Positions 28,250 through 35,280 of a stretch of DNA of 48,116 nucleotides are shown here, in pieces. This DNA comes from a virus, in the IMG/VR virus record IMGVR_UViG_3300010032_000001, positions 1 through 48,116 of that record; one strand, 5' to 3'. The stretch's first letter is position 1. Each line of letters starts with the position of its first letter. Under the pieces are notes generated by a model. The model worked only from the letters and a program-made list of their open reading frames with translations, did no database searches and had not been told where the DNA came from. A program made the translations under genes and the position numbers.

Positions 28250-29617
28250 TTAGCCTAGCAGATCACGAAGCTCATCTGTAGTGTCAGCTTGAGGCAGTTT
28301 TTCGACAACAGGAGAAGCCGCTAACTCTTGCCGAAGCTCAGCACGCTTCTGCTCAATCTGTTGACGGAAGGTGTCGGGAACAACCATGTTGAGACGCTCG
28401 AACTGTTCAATGCTGTTCTGAAGAGTAGCAATAGAACGCTCAATGGCCTTAGCCTTGTTGTTCTCTTTGGCTTGCTGCTTCTTCTGGGCATCCTTCTGAC
28501 GCTCAGCTTCAACGATGGTACCAAGTTGCTCACCTACGCTTTCCATCATCACTTCACACAGCATTTGTGCAAGCTGATTGACGGAGCGAGAGATGTTCAG
28601 GTTGAACATGGTCTGACCTTCTTCGTCTGTCTTGAGGGTGCCGTCACGTCCGCGAACAGGGACACGAATTTCTTGACAGTAAGCATGCCAGTTGTTAATC
28701 AAAGTTTCGAATGCAGAAGTAGTTACTGCCTCAAATACTTGAGTCTCATCATCAACCAGGAGCAAGCACTTGTCTGCACCACGACCATAAACAGCGTTCA
28801 GCTGACGGCAGAACTTGGAGGTAAAGCTGTAGCCTAAGTCACCAATAGCGTTGGTAGTGGTAGAGGATTCGAGTACAGTGTTTTCTGCAAGCGCTACCCA
28901 CAGACGGCGAGCTAGGTCTTTGAGGTCAGCAGTCTGAGTGAACTTACGAGCACGCTTGTAGAATTCTTCAGGAGTAGAGAAGATGGTTAGACCTTCACCT
29001 TTAGCTGCAGAGTCAAGCATGCTGACTTCAGTTGCAGTCATCGTGCGAGACTTGTTATTCAGTTCGACGTAGACGGCCAAATCAGAGTTAGATTTAGCAT
29101 AGTTTTTGTTTACATAGATAACAAAATTCTCGTAGCCGCGAATGACCTTAAACATGGTCAACAGCGCAACCAGCCGGTGACGTCCACCACCGATGATAGC
29201 CTGGTCACTGTTGGGGCGGTAGACAACAGAGATAGGAGTGTAGAGTTTGGCATTCTTTAGAAGACCGTGCTCACGATCAACCAGAAGCTTTTCTACAATA
29301 TTAGGATTGACCTGGAATTGAAACAGATTAGTTTCAAATTCGCGAGACTCAGCTAACTCGCCAAGAGTCATCAATTCGCCTTCTTCCCAATCATCAGGAA
29401 GAGCACCTGCCCATTGTAGATTCTCGACGATGAATCCCTTTCCCAGGGTATCCATATCTAACAGGTAGCCGTCAGCATCGAACTTGTACTGAAGACCAAG
29501 ACGCTCACAGGTTTCCATCCAGAACTTGTATAGAGCTTTCTGAGATGTCTGCTTGAGGTCATCGCCAATGACTAGCGGTTCGTACTTGTCGAAGTTGACT
29601 TCAGATAATGATTTCAT
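28250..29617 (-). CDS. ParB/Srx-fold (DGQHR/DGQQR-like) domain protein with a C-terminal coiled coil and docking tail
   Basis: VYRPNSDQAIIGGGRHRLVALL resembles the ParB N-terminal / DndB / DUF262-type motif. AGGAGG RBS. C-terminus ...TTDELRDLLG. Confidence 0.5.
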   Translation of the reverse strand: MKSLSEVNFDKYEPLVIGDDLKQTSQKALYKFWMETCERLGLQYKFDADGYLLDMDTLGKGFIVENLQWAGALPDDWEEGELMTLGELAESREFETNLFQFQVNPNIVEKLLVDREHGLLKNAKLYTPISVVYRPNSDQAIIGGGRHRLVALLTMFKVIRGYENFVIYVNKNYAKSNSDLAVYVELNNKSRTMTATEVSMLDSAAKGEGLTIFSTPEEFYKRARKFTQTADLKDLARRLWVALAENTVLESSTTTNAIGDLGYSFTSKFCRQLNAVYGRGADKCLLLVDDETQVFEAVTTSAFETLINNWHAYCQEIRVPVRGRDGTLKTDEEGQTMFNLNISRSVNQLAQMLCEVMMESVGEQLGTIVEAERQKDAQKKQQAKENNKAKAIERSIATLQNSIEQFERLNMVVPDTFRQQIEQKRAELRQELAASPVVEKLPQADTTDELRDLLG

Positions 29618-29696
29618 GTGTTTTGCCTCCTAAGGCTTAAGTTACTTGTCGAAAGGAAGGTGCTTTAAGTGTAGCATAACTTAATAGTTTTATAAC

Positions 29697-30257
29697 CTAA
29701 AAAGGAGCTAACTCAGAGCATTCTACATCCTTGATTTTGTCAACGTTTAGCAGCCACTGAGGCATAAGCCTTTTAGTGTAGCTATCGAACTGCATGCGCT
29801 TGCTGTAGTAGCAATACGCTCGGTACAGTTTAACGACTTGATCCAGGTCAGAGCAGTACTTACCACCTGCTAATTCTAGGTACTGCCCGGGTAGACAAAG
29901 GCAGTAGGAAAAGTTATCTCTACTGGGAAATGCATACCGATAGTGTTTTAGTTGTTTGAGCTGAGTTATTAACTTGTAGTGTGTTCCAAATCGATGATGG
30001 TGTTCAATTAAGCAGTTGACTGAAACATCGTACATCAACCGAAATGCTTGTCCTGACTGAGCTACCCACTTAGTTAACGGATGGTTTTGATGAGCAGGTT
30101 TCATCAGTTCACCATTTGATTTGTAGATAGGACGACCGATAGCTAGTATAGCAGTAGAAAGCATTTGTACGCCTTCTTTAGCTTGAGCAAACAAACGTTT
30201 ATCGTCTAATGCTTTTGCTATTAGGTCAGGATGTCGCTCAATCAGGAATAAGTTCAT
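29697..30257 (-). CDS. T4 endonuclease V (DenV)-type pyrimidine-dimer DNA glycosylase family candidate
   Basis: MNLFLIERHPDLIAKALDDKRLFAQAKEGVQMLSTA ... HQNHPLTKWV ... IEHHHRFGTHYKL follows the family pattern. AAGGAGAA precedes ATG 30257. Confidence 0.45.
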   Translation of the reverse strand: MNLFLIERHPDLIAKALDDKRLFAQAKEGVQMLSTAILAIGRPIYKSNGELMKPAHQNHPLTKWVAQSGQAFRLMYDVSVNCLIEHHHRFGTHYKLITQLKQLKHYRYAFPSRDNFSYCLCLPGQYLELAGGKYCSDLDQVVKLYRAYCYYSKRMQFDSYTKRLMPQWLLNVDKIKDVECSELAPF

Positions 30258-30356
30258 CGTCAGTGTTCTCCTTCTCTGTGTTTGACTAAACTTTCTCAAG
30301 GTCTAGTCGAATCCTTGGCTCTCACCCCAAGGAAAAAATCTTACTCTCTGTATACC

Positions 30357-30386
30357 AGTATAGGGTATTTGGAAGGTGTTGTGCAA
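30357..30386 (-). promoter_or_regulatory. Sigma70-type promoter candidate TTGCAC-N18-TATACT
   Basis: -35 at 30386-30381 and -10 at 30362-30357 (minus sense). Intergenic position, upstream of the DenV-like and ParB-like genes. Confidence 0.4.
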
Positions 30387-30389
30387 CCC

Positions 30390-30611
30390 CTAGTTTAGGT
30401 CTAATTCCAGCTGAACTGGTTGAAATTTTTTACCAGATTCGCCTACGCGGTGATGATTGAGCATGTACTCTCTACGTAGCTCGGTACACTTGGCAGCAAC
30501 ACTGTGATAAGCACTGGTGTCATCAAAGAACTCTGGAATATCGTGGTCGCTGTTGAGTAGACAGAAGAGAAGTACTCTCAATTCATCTTGTGTTAGTTCT
30601 AGCTTAACCAT
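30390..30611 (-). CDS. Hypothetical small protein
   Basis: 73-aa ORF that overlaps the upstream gene by 8 nt. Confidence 0.4.
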   Translation of the reverse strand: MVKLELTQDELRVLLFCLLNSDHDIPEFFDDTSAYHSVAAKCTELRREYMLNHHRVGESGKKFQPVQLELDLN

Positions 30612-30816
30612 GTTTTTCTGCCCTCATCTTACGGATTAACGCTAATTGTAGATAGACCTGAGCGAAGCCAAGTGACTCAGCGTAGAGTAGAATACGTTCA
30701 GCTGTCTTGTCATCTGACTGCTCCAGTGCAGACTGGAGAGCATGAGCCTTAGCTTCGGAGGTCTCGGATACCAGATCCTTCAATCCAGTCGTAGTCGTAG
30801 AATCCCTCTTCATCAT
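30604..30816 (-). CDS. Hypothetical small protein
   Basis: 70-aa ORF. Confidence 0.4.
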   Translation of the reverse strand: MMKRDSTTTTGLKDLVSETSEAKAHALQSALEQSDDKTAERILLYAESLGFAQVYLQLALIRKMRAEKHG

Positions 30817-31027
30817 TCAATTCTCCTAGTAGAACCATATCTAAATCATACTCGGTATTGTCTAGAATGTCCAGTGAAGTTAACACAGCGTTACGCACTA
30901 GATGACTATCGATGGGTACATCACTGTGTTCCGATAGTAATGCTTGAACATTGCCCACTACCTGAGTGTAGTCTACCGGATAGGGTAGAGATATTAGAAT
31001 GTTAGTGATGATAGCAGGAATGTTCAT
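30749..31027 (-). CDS. Hypothetical acidic small protein
   Basis: 92-aa ORF rich in D/E (…ELNDEEGFYDYDWIEG…). Confidence 0.4.
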   Translation of the reverse strand: MNIPAIITNILISLPYPVDYTQVVGNVQALLSEHSDVPIDSHLVRNAVLTSLDILDNTEYDLDMVLLGELNDEEGFYDYDWIEGSGIRDLRS

Positions 31028-31032
31028 GTCTT

Positions 31033-31158
31033 CTACCTATTTCTAGAATTAATCCTTCGTATCGCCTGGTATTCTTCCACTGTGATTTGCTTAGCGCCCA
31101 GCCTGTTAGCTTGCAGTTCAGCGCACCGCTTATTCAGCCATCGTGTGATTCTGTCCAT
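31033..31158 (-). CDS. 41-aa hypothetical micro-protein
   Basis: Hand translation MDRITRWLNKRCAELQANRLGAKQITVEEYQAIRRINSRNR. TAATG overlap with the upstream gene. Confidence 0.3.
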   Translation of the reverse strand: MDRITRWLNKRCAELQANRLGAKQITVEEYQAIRRINSRNR

Positions 31159-31475
31159 TAGTATAGTCCTCCAATCTGTGGTTTATCTATTGGTTCTTCT
31201 ACTACTTCTACAGTACCACCATTACTACGAATTGTGTTAGCCATGTTACTTACTTCATTACCGTAGACGTGTCCTTCTTCTACAATCTCGGTAACCGCTG
31301 TGGTGCAGTAATAAAGGTTAGGTGTGTCTGTTTCTACACATACAGTACTAGCGAATCCAACATTACCTGTGCTGCGACTGACGCCCTCCGTAACCATCTG
31401 AATTGTTTCAGACTGAGCAGCGGTAGGAAACATAACAGCTGCAATGATACTAGCTCCAATGATTAATTGTTTCAT
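31158..31475 (-). CDS. Secreted / periplasmic small protein (signal peptide)
   Basis: MKQLIIGASIIAAVMFPTAAQSE looks like a signal peptide with an AQS-type cleavage site. Confidence 0.5.
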   Translation of the reverse strand: MKQLIIGASIIAAVMFPTAAQSETIQMVTEGVSRSTGNVGFASTVCVETDTPNLYYCTTAVTEIVEEGHVYGNEVSNMANTIRSNGGTVEVVEEPIDKPQIGGLY

Positions 31476-31678
31476 TTGTCTTCCTCCTTTGTTACTTCAA
31501 TTGAAGCGATATGGCTGGGGACTATGAAAACTAACGTTTCCGAAACCCAAATAGGAATGTACCTAAGCTTGGTTAGATACTTATTTATTGCGTCCTCAGC
31601 TTCGCGGTAGTTATTAAACGTGGTGTTGTCTTTGTAGCTTTGTCCATTGCTAAGGCAAAAGGTAAGAATGAGTCGCAT
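31472..31678 (-). CDS. Hypothetical small protein
   Basis: 68-aa ORF with an ATGA overlap to the next gene. Confidence 0.4.
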   Translation of the reverse strand: MRLILTFCLSNGQSYKDNTTFNNYREAEDAINKYLTKLRYIPIWVSETLVFIVPSHIASIEVTKEEDK

Positions 31679-31810
31679 AGTTCTCTCTCTCGTGATAGTA
31701 GAAAAGTAGATGACCCTGATTTCCCACTGTGATGGGTTCGTCGTATGCTGTTGTTAGAGTAGCGGTATTCGCCGCAATCCCTAGTAACAACAATTAAAGC
31801 TTAGTACATT

Positions 31811-31951
31811 TCAATCGTCGTTGTCAACTGCGTCGTCCATCTCATCTTGAGAAGGATGAGGCATCTCTTCATCAGCAGCTACTGCCATGGCGTATGCAAA
31901 GGTAAGAAAGATACCGAACACTGCGAATCCTAAGATAAATGCAAACATCAT
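31811..31951 (-). CDS. 46-aa single-pass membrane micro-protein with an acidic tail
   Basis: AGGAGGTGT precedes the ATG. MMFAFILGFAVFGIFLTFAYAMAVAADEEMPHPSQDEMDDAVDNDD. Confidence 0.45.
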   Translation of the reverse strand: MMFAFILGFAVFGIFLTFAYAMAVAADEEMPHPSQDEMDDAVDNDD

Positions 31952-32019
31952 ACACCTCCTTGCCTACTAATCCAAAGAATACAAATCAACATGCCCAACA
32001 TAATCGCTAGTAGTTCCAT
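31948..32019 (-). CDS. 23-aa hydrophobic micro-protein
   Basis: MELLAIMLGMLICILWISRQGGV. The TGA overlaps the next ATG. Confidence 0.3.
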   Translation of the reverse strand: MELLAIMLGMLICILWISRQGGV

Positions 32020-32022
32020 GGT

Positions 32023-32154
32023 TTAATCCTCATAGTCATCGTAGTGACGGCGACGGCGGCGCTTAGGAGGTCCGTCTTGTCCGGGTAGATCACCCAGGGT
32101 GTACATTGCGATGAATACACCGAGCAACAAACCAACAATCATTACTCCAGTCAT
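32023..32154 (-). CDS. 43-aa single-pass membrane micro-protein with a basic tail
   Basis: GAGGAAG upstream. MTGVMIVGLLLGVFIAMYTLGDLPGQDGPPKRRRRRHYDDYED. Confidence 0.45.
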   Translation of the reverse strand: MTGVMIVGLLLGVFIAMYTLGDLPGQDGPPKRRRRRHYDDYED

Positions 32155-32156
32155 AG

Positions 32157-32246
32157 TCACTTCCTCTTGAATGGTTCAGCAAACAGTACACCGAGTAGTA
32201 GTCCTACTCCAGCTACAAGAAACATGATAAGAAATGCTTCAGTCAT
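32157..32246 (-). CDS. 29-aa single-pass membrane micro-protein
   Basis: MTEAFLIMFLVAGVGLLLGVLFAEPFKRK. Confidence 0.4.
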   Translation of the reverse strand: MTEAFLIMFLVAGVGLLLGVLFAEPFKRK

Positions 32247-32361
32247 TGTCAAACTCCATAGGTTTAGGGATAGTTTTCTCTAACTTTTTAATACGGTCAT
32301 CCAGGTCAATCACCTTCCAGACTAGCAGGCTAAACAAAACTACAAGTGCGAATCCAAACAT
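32239..32361 (-). CDS. 40-aa single-pass membrane micro-protein
   Basis: AGGAGG upstream. MFGFALVVLFSLLVWKVIDLDDRIKKLEKTIPKPMEFDND. Confidence 0.45.
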   Translation of the reverse strand: MFGFALVVLFSLLVWKVIDLDDRIKKLEKTIPKPMEFDND

Positions 32362-32363
32362 AT

Positions 32364-32504
32364 CTAATCCTCCTTATCAGCTTCGATGTTACGAATGAAC
32401 TCTTCTACCACTTCTAGCTTTACACCCGCACGTTCAGCTATCTTCTCAGCACTCCAACCTTTTAGGTAGAAGTTAAACATTCTTATCCTAGTAAGTATCC
32501 ACAT
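32364..32504 (-). CDS. 46-aa helix-turn-helix micro-protein
   Basis: ...FYLKGWSAEKIAERAGVKLEVVEEFIRN resembles a sigma-r4 / LuxR-type HTH. Confidence 0.45.
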   Translation of the reverse strand: MWILTRIRMFNFYLKGWSAEKIAERAGVKLEVVEEFIRNIEADKED

Positions 32505-32506
32505 TC

Positions 32507-32635
32507 TTACCTCCTGTACTTTCGAATCACTCTCTCTACTCTATCTTCCCGTAGGCTAAGACGAATGGCTATGTCTCTAGTAGATAACCCGAGATCATGC
32601 AGCTTAAGAATCTGTACTCTCTGTAATACAAACAT
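32507..32635 (-). CDS. 42-aa helix-turn-helix micro-protein
   Basis: MFVLQRVQILKLHDLGLSTRDIAIRLSLREDRVERVIRKYRR. Confidence 0.45.
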   Translation of the reverse strand: MFVLQRVQILKLHDLGLSTRDIAIRLSLREDRVERVIRKYRR

Positions 32636-32849
32636 CGTCGGTTAAGTCCCTAGCTTCTACATAAATGTTAAGTTCAGCATTACCAGCATCAACAACCTTC
32701 ACATCACCCACTGCTTGCTGTAGATTGAATCGCTTATGGAACTTACCGATAGCTGATTCCAGTGCAGGGTCATCAGTGTATATCAGTGATTCTAGAAGTT
32801 GCTGATAGACAGCGTCAAACTCTTCGTTCGTAAGCATTATATGTTGCAT
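32604..32849 (-). CDS. Hypothetical small protein
   Basis: 81-aa ORF. Confidence 0.4.
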   Translation of the reverse strand: MQHIMLTNEEFDAVYQQLLESLIYTDDPALESAIGKFHKRFNLQQAVGDVKVVDAGNAELNIYVEARDLTDDVCITESTDS

Positions 32850-32852
32850 ATG

Positions 32853-33296
32853 TTACCTCCCAAAATCCACTTGTCGATTGTTCTTCACTCTTCTGAATAC
32901 GGTCTGTTTATGAACTCCGAAGAACTCAGCTGCCTGTGAGTAAGTCCATCCTGGATTAAGTCTACCATACAACATAAGCGCAGTGGTAGTAAACTTTTCT
33001 GGATGATTCGCTCTACCCTTGTTCATCATGTCTCTCACATTGTCAAGTTGTGTACCAAGAAACAAATGGTCTGGGTTGACACAGCTTGGGTTATCACAAC
33101 GATGGCAACAATACAAACCTTTAGGTATAACAATGTCGTGATAAGACTCGTACGATAGTCTGTGCGCACGAACACCACTTCTTAACACACCGTAACCTGA
33201 CCTATGTCGATATCGTATCCAGTTCCAGCACCCTGTCTTCTCGTCTACCTCGTAGTGCTTACCTTCTTCAAACGGGTAGGGCATGCGGTAGCTCAT
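32853..33296 (-). CDS. HNH homing endonuclease with a C-terminal HTH
   Basis: GCWNW...GYGVL...AHRLSYE...CCHRCDNPSCVNPDHLFLGTQLDN, then YSQAAEFFGVHKQTVFRRV. Confidence 0.85.
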   Translation of the reverse strand: MSYRMPYPFEEGKHYEVDEKTGCWNWIRYRHRSGYGVLRSGVRAHRLSYESYHDIVIPKGLYCCHRCDNPSCVNPDHLFLGTQLDNVRDMMNKGRANHPEKFTTTALMLYGRLNPGWTYSQAAEFFGVHKQTVFRRVKNNRQVDFGR

Positions 33297-33559
33297 GGTT
33301 GATTGTCTTCTCCAAAAGTAAACTCAGTTAATCTTTGTGAACCAGGTAAGTACTTGCTTATTACCCATCGAGTACACTCAATGTTATTAGGTACGCCGTT
33401 GCAAGAAACTTTAACCATGTCTAACAGCGTGTCACTATTGATGTAAACAGGCTTAGCTCTTATAACATTAGCATGGTAAACAACAGATGCGCTAAGGATA
33501 ATTGCCGCTAGTAGATTGTACTTCAAGATAGTACCTCCATTAACTTCACCACTAGACAA
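33293..33559 (-). CDS. Small signal-anchor / secreted protein
   Basis: Hydrophobic N-terminus KYNLLAAIILSASVVY. The likely real start is TTG 33526, which has GGAGG 7 nt upstream. Confidence 0.4.
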   Translation of the reverse strand: MSSGEVNGGTILKYNLLAAIILSASVVYHANVIRAKPVYINSDTLLDMVKVSCNGVPNNIECTRWVISKYLPGSQRLTEFTFGEDNQP

Positions 33560-33617
33560 ATCGATAGTAACACAGCTAGTGAGTGAGTGCCAACTAGAAC
33601 CAACAAAGGAATTAACA

Positions 33618-33917
33618 TCATGGCTCTACCTCCTCTAAATCTTCACATAACTGATCTACTTCTCGTTCTAATTCTTCCACTTGAGTGATAGCATCAATGT
33701 ACTCATCCTTATCACAATCGTAATGTACGAAATCAGTTTGTTGAGCACGCTTACGTAGGTAGGAAAGATATCCATGAATGGTAGGATTATCAAGACTAGT
33801 AACGTACTCACTCATCGTCTTGACTACATACATCAGTACATCGGTTTGCTGTTGGTTGTGCTGTCTCACTGACTTTCCATCCTTAGTCATTGTTCCAATA
33901 ATATTAAATCCCGTCAT
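33618..33917 (-). CDS. Hypothetical protein with an acidic C-terminus
   Basis: 99-aa ORF. Confidence 0.4.
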   Translation of the reverse strand: MTGFNIIGTMTKDGKSVRQHNQQQTDVLMYVVKTMSEYVTSLDNPTIHGYLSYLRKRAQQTDFVHYDCDKDEYIDAITQVEELEREVDQLCEDLEEVEP

Positions 33918-34024
33918 CGTTCTACCTCCACTACTGAATTGTTGTTAGCTTCGGGTGTGACCACCACTCCTAGTAGAAGTAGAGTGATGATGACGTAGAG
34001 TAATCGTCTAGATAGTGCTCTCAT
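33914..34024 (-). CDS. 36-aa single-pass membrane micro-protein
   Basis: MRALSRRLLYVIITLLLLGVVVTPEANNNSVVEVER. ATGA coupling. Confidence 0.35.
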   Translation of the reverse strand: MRALSRRLLYVIITLLLLGVVVTPEANNNSVVEVER

Positions 34025-34184
34025 TGATTCTCCTTCTCTTTCTGTTTCTCTCACTGTTGATAGCATTACCGATGGTGGATGCACTAACGTTGAACCTTTG
34101 AGCTAGTTCACTATAACTCATATCGGTAGAATCGTACAACTTTCTGATTGCTACTTTATCCTCAAAGGTAAGTTTACGAGTCAT
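34008..34184 (-). CDS. 58-aa helix-turn-helix protein
   Basis: GGAGGAACTA precedes the ATG. ...DMSYSELAQRFNVSASTIGNAI... is an HTH. Confidence 0.45.
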   Translation of the reverse strand: MTRKLTFEDKVAIRKLYDSTDMSYSELAQRFNVSASTIGNAINSERNRKRRRINESTI

Positions 34185-34235
34185 TAGTTCCTCCTTAGTG
34201 TGGACAAGAGGGAGACCGTAGTCCCCCAGTTATCC

Positions 34236-34358
34236 CTACTTAGAAGTACGCTTAGCGCTTAGGCGATTGAGCTTACGCATGCGATAGAGCTTCTGTTCGG
34301 AGTAGCCCCTCAGTGTCTTGCGTGTTACGCTCACTGACTGGTTGTTAGAGTAGGTCAT
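34236..34358 (-). CDS. 40-aa highly basic micro-protein
   Basis: AGGAGA precedes ATG 34358. MTYSNNQSVSVTRKTLRGYSEQKLYRMRKLNRLSAKRTSK. Confidence 0.3.
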   Translation of the reverse strand: MTYSNNQSVSVTRKTLRGYSEQKLYRMRKLNRLSAKRTSK

Positions 34359-34434
34359 GGTTGTTCTCCTGTTTTGTTGTTCGCTACTTAGATTGTAGCT
34401 GCTAGCCCTGAAGATTGCAAGGCTAGAAGTACAA

Positions 34435-34644
34435 TCATTCATATTTCTTAATAAACCAATCGTACGCCTCCATTACCTCAACATTACTTGCGTAGTCATC
34501 AATAGATTCGGATGCACTAGGTTGATAGGAACTTAGACAAGTATGTAAGTACCTCCAGTCACTCATACCATTGTGATAGTCGGAAGCGTACCAGTAGCTA
34601 GCGATAGCTCTAGATTCAGTGGAAATGTAAGTAGGAATGTTCAT
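34435..34644 (-). CDS. Hypothetical small protein
   Basis: GGAGG precedes ATG 34644. MNIPTYISTESRAIASYWYASDYHNGMSDWRY... Confidence 0.4.
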   Translation of the reverse strand: MNIPTYISTESRAIASYWYASDYHNGMSDWRYLHTCLSSYQPSASESIDDYASNVEVMEAYDWFIKKYE

Positions 34645-34645
34645 G

Positions 34646-34798
34646 TTATCTACCTCCATTCGCTGCTCGTCTCACTCTCTCAGCATCACGCTCATCCTGA
34701 GAGGAGTAGGTATCATCTCCTAGATCTACTCCTAACTGAGCTGCGGTAGCCTCGTTGATACGACGTAGTTTCTCTTGCTCTCTACTTTCACTACTCAT
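34646..34798 (-). CDS. 50-aa hypothetical micro-protein
   Basis: Hand translation MSSESREQEKLRRINEATAAQLGVDLGDD... Confidence 0.3.
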   Translation of the reverse strand: MSSESREQEKLRRINEATAAQLGVDLGDDTYSSQDERDAERVRRAANGGR

Positions 34799-34947
34799 GG
34801 TTGTATCATCTCCTGATATTGAGTATCGTACCAGTGGTCTGGAGTAGGAGAGGAAGGGCTTAGCCTTGACTGTACCCCCGCTACTAGAATCAGTGCCATC
34901 ATAAATACGAATGCCTTAGGTCCCATGTTGTTGGTTGTGTAGTCCAT
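34795..34947 (-). CDS. 50-aa membrane / signal-peptide micro-protein
   Basis: MDYTTNNMGPKAFVFMMALILVAGVQSRLSP... ATGA overlap with the next ORF. Confidence 0.35.
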   Translation of the reverse strand: MDYTTNNMGPKAFVFMMALILVAGVQSRLSPSSPTPDHWYDTQYQEMIQP

Positions 34948-35000
34948 CGGAATACCTCTAAGTTTGTAGACTATCTGTTCTACCTCTTGTTTGTACTACT

Positions 35001-35018
35001 GGAGGGCTCACGCCCTCC
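35001..35018 (-). other. Stable intergenic stem-loop (7-bp GC stem, GNRA-type GUGA loop in the minus-sense RNA)
   Basis: ggagggc tcac gccctcc is perfectly complementary. No U-tract follows. Confidence 0.5.
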
Positions 35019-35027
35019 TCATTATCT

Positions 35028-35204
35028 CTACTCTTCTACCCCCTCTATAGTTTCAGAGAGGATGGTTTCTACCTCATCCAGTCCGTGCTTGATTGAGTTC
35101 AACTGTGATAGCATCAGCTTCAGTCTCTCATCCTGCTGTCTCTCTAGTTCCTGAATCTCTCTGGACCTAGTGAGAATGGATTGGATTCGTTCTCTTGCGC
35201 TCAT
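35028..35204 (-). CDS. 58-aa coiled-coil micro-protein
   Basis: Hand translation MSARERIQSILTRSREIQELERQQDERLKLMLSQL... Confidence 0.35.
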   Translation of the reverse strand: MSARERIQSILTRSREIQELERQQDERLKLMLSQLNSIKHGLDEVETILSETIEGVEE

Positions 35205-35280
35205 CTTCGTTCTCCTGTTCTCTATGTTTCTAGATTAGCACCCTCAAACTGAGGAGTCAAGGGTGCTTATGTACTACTTT

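Noticed and set aside
28328-28837. 169-aa plus-strand ORF antisense to the ParB-like gene
   Set aside because: It lies entirely within a GC-richer CDS, where antisense frames tend to stay open. It has an L-rich nonsense-like sequence, and no promoter or RBS was seen.
30313-30332. Hairpin ccttgg-N8-ccaagg as an intrinsic terminator
   Set aside because: On the plus strand the adjacent homopolymer is A6, located 3' of the stem. In the minus-sense RNA it becomes U6 located 5' of the stem. Neither orientation gives a stem followed by a U-tract, so the hairpin is more likely a 5'-UTR structure.
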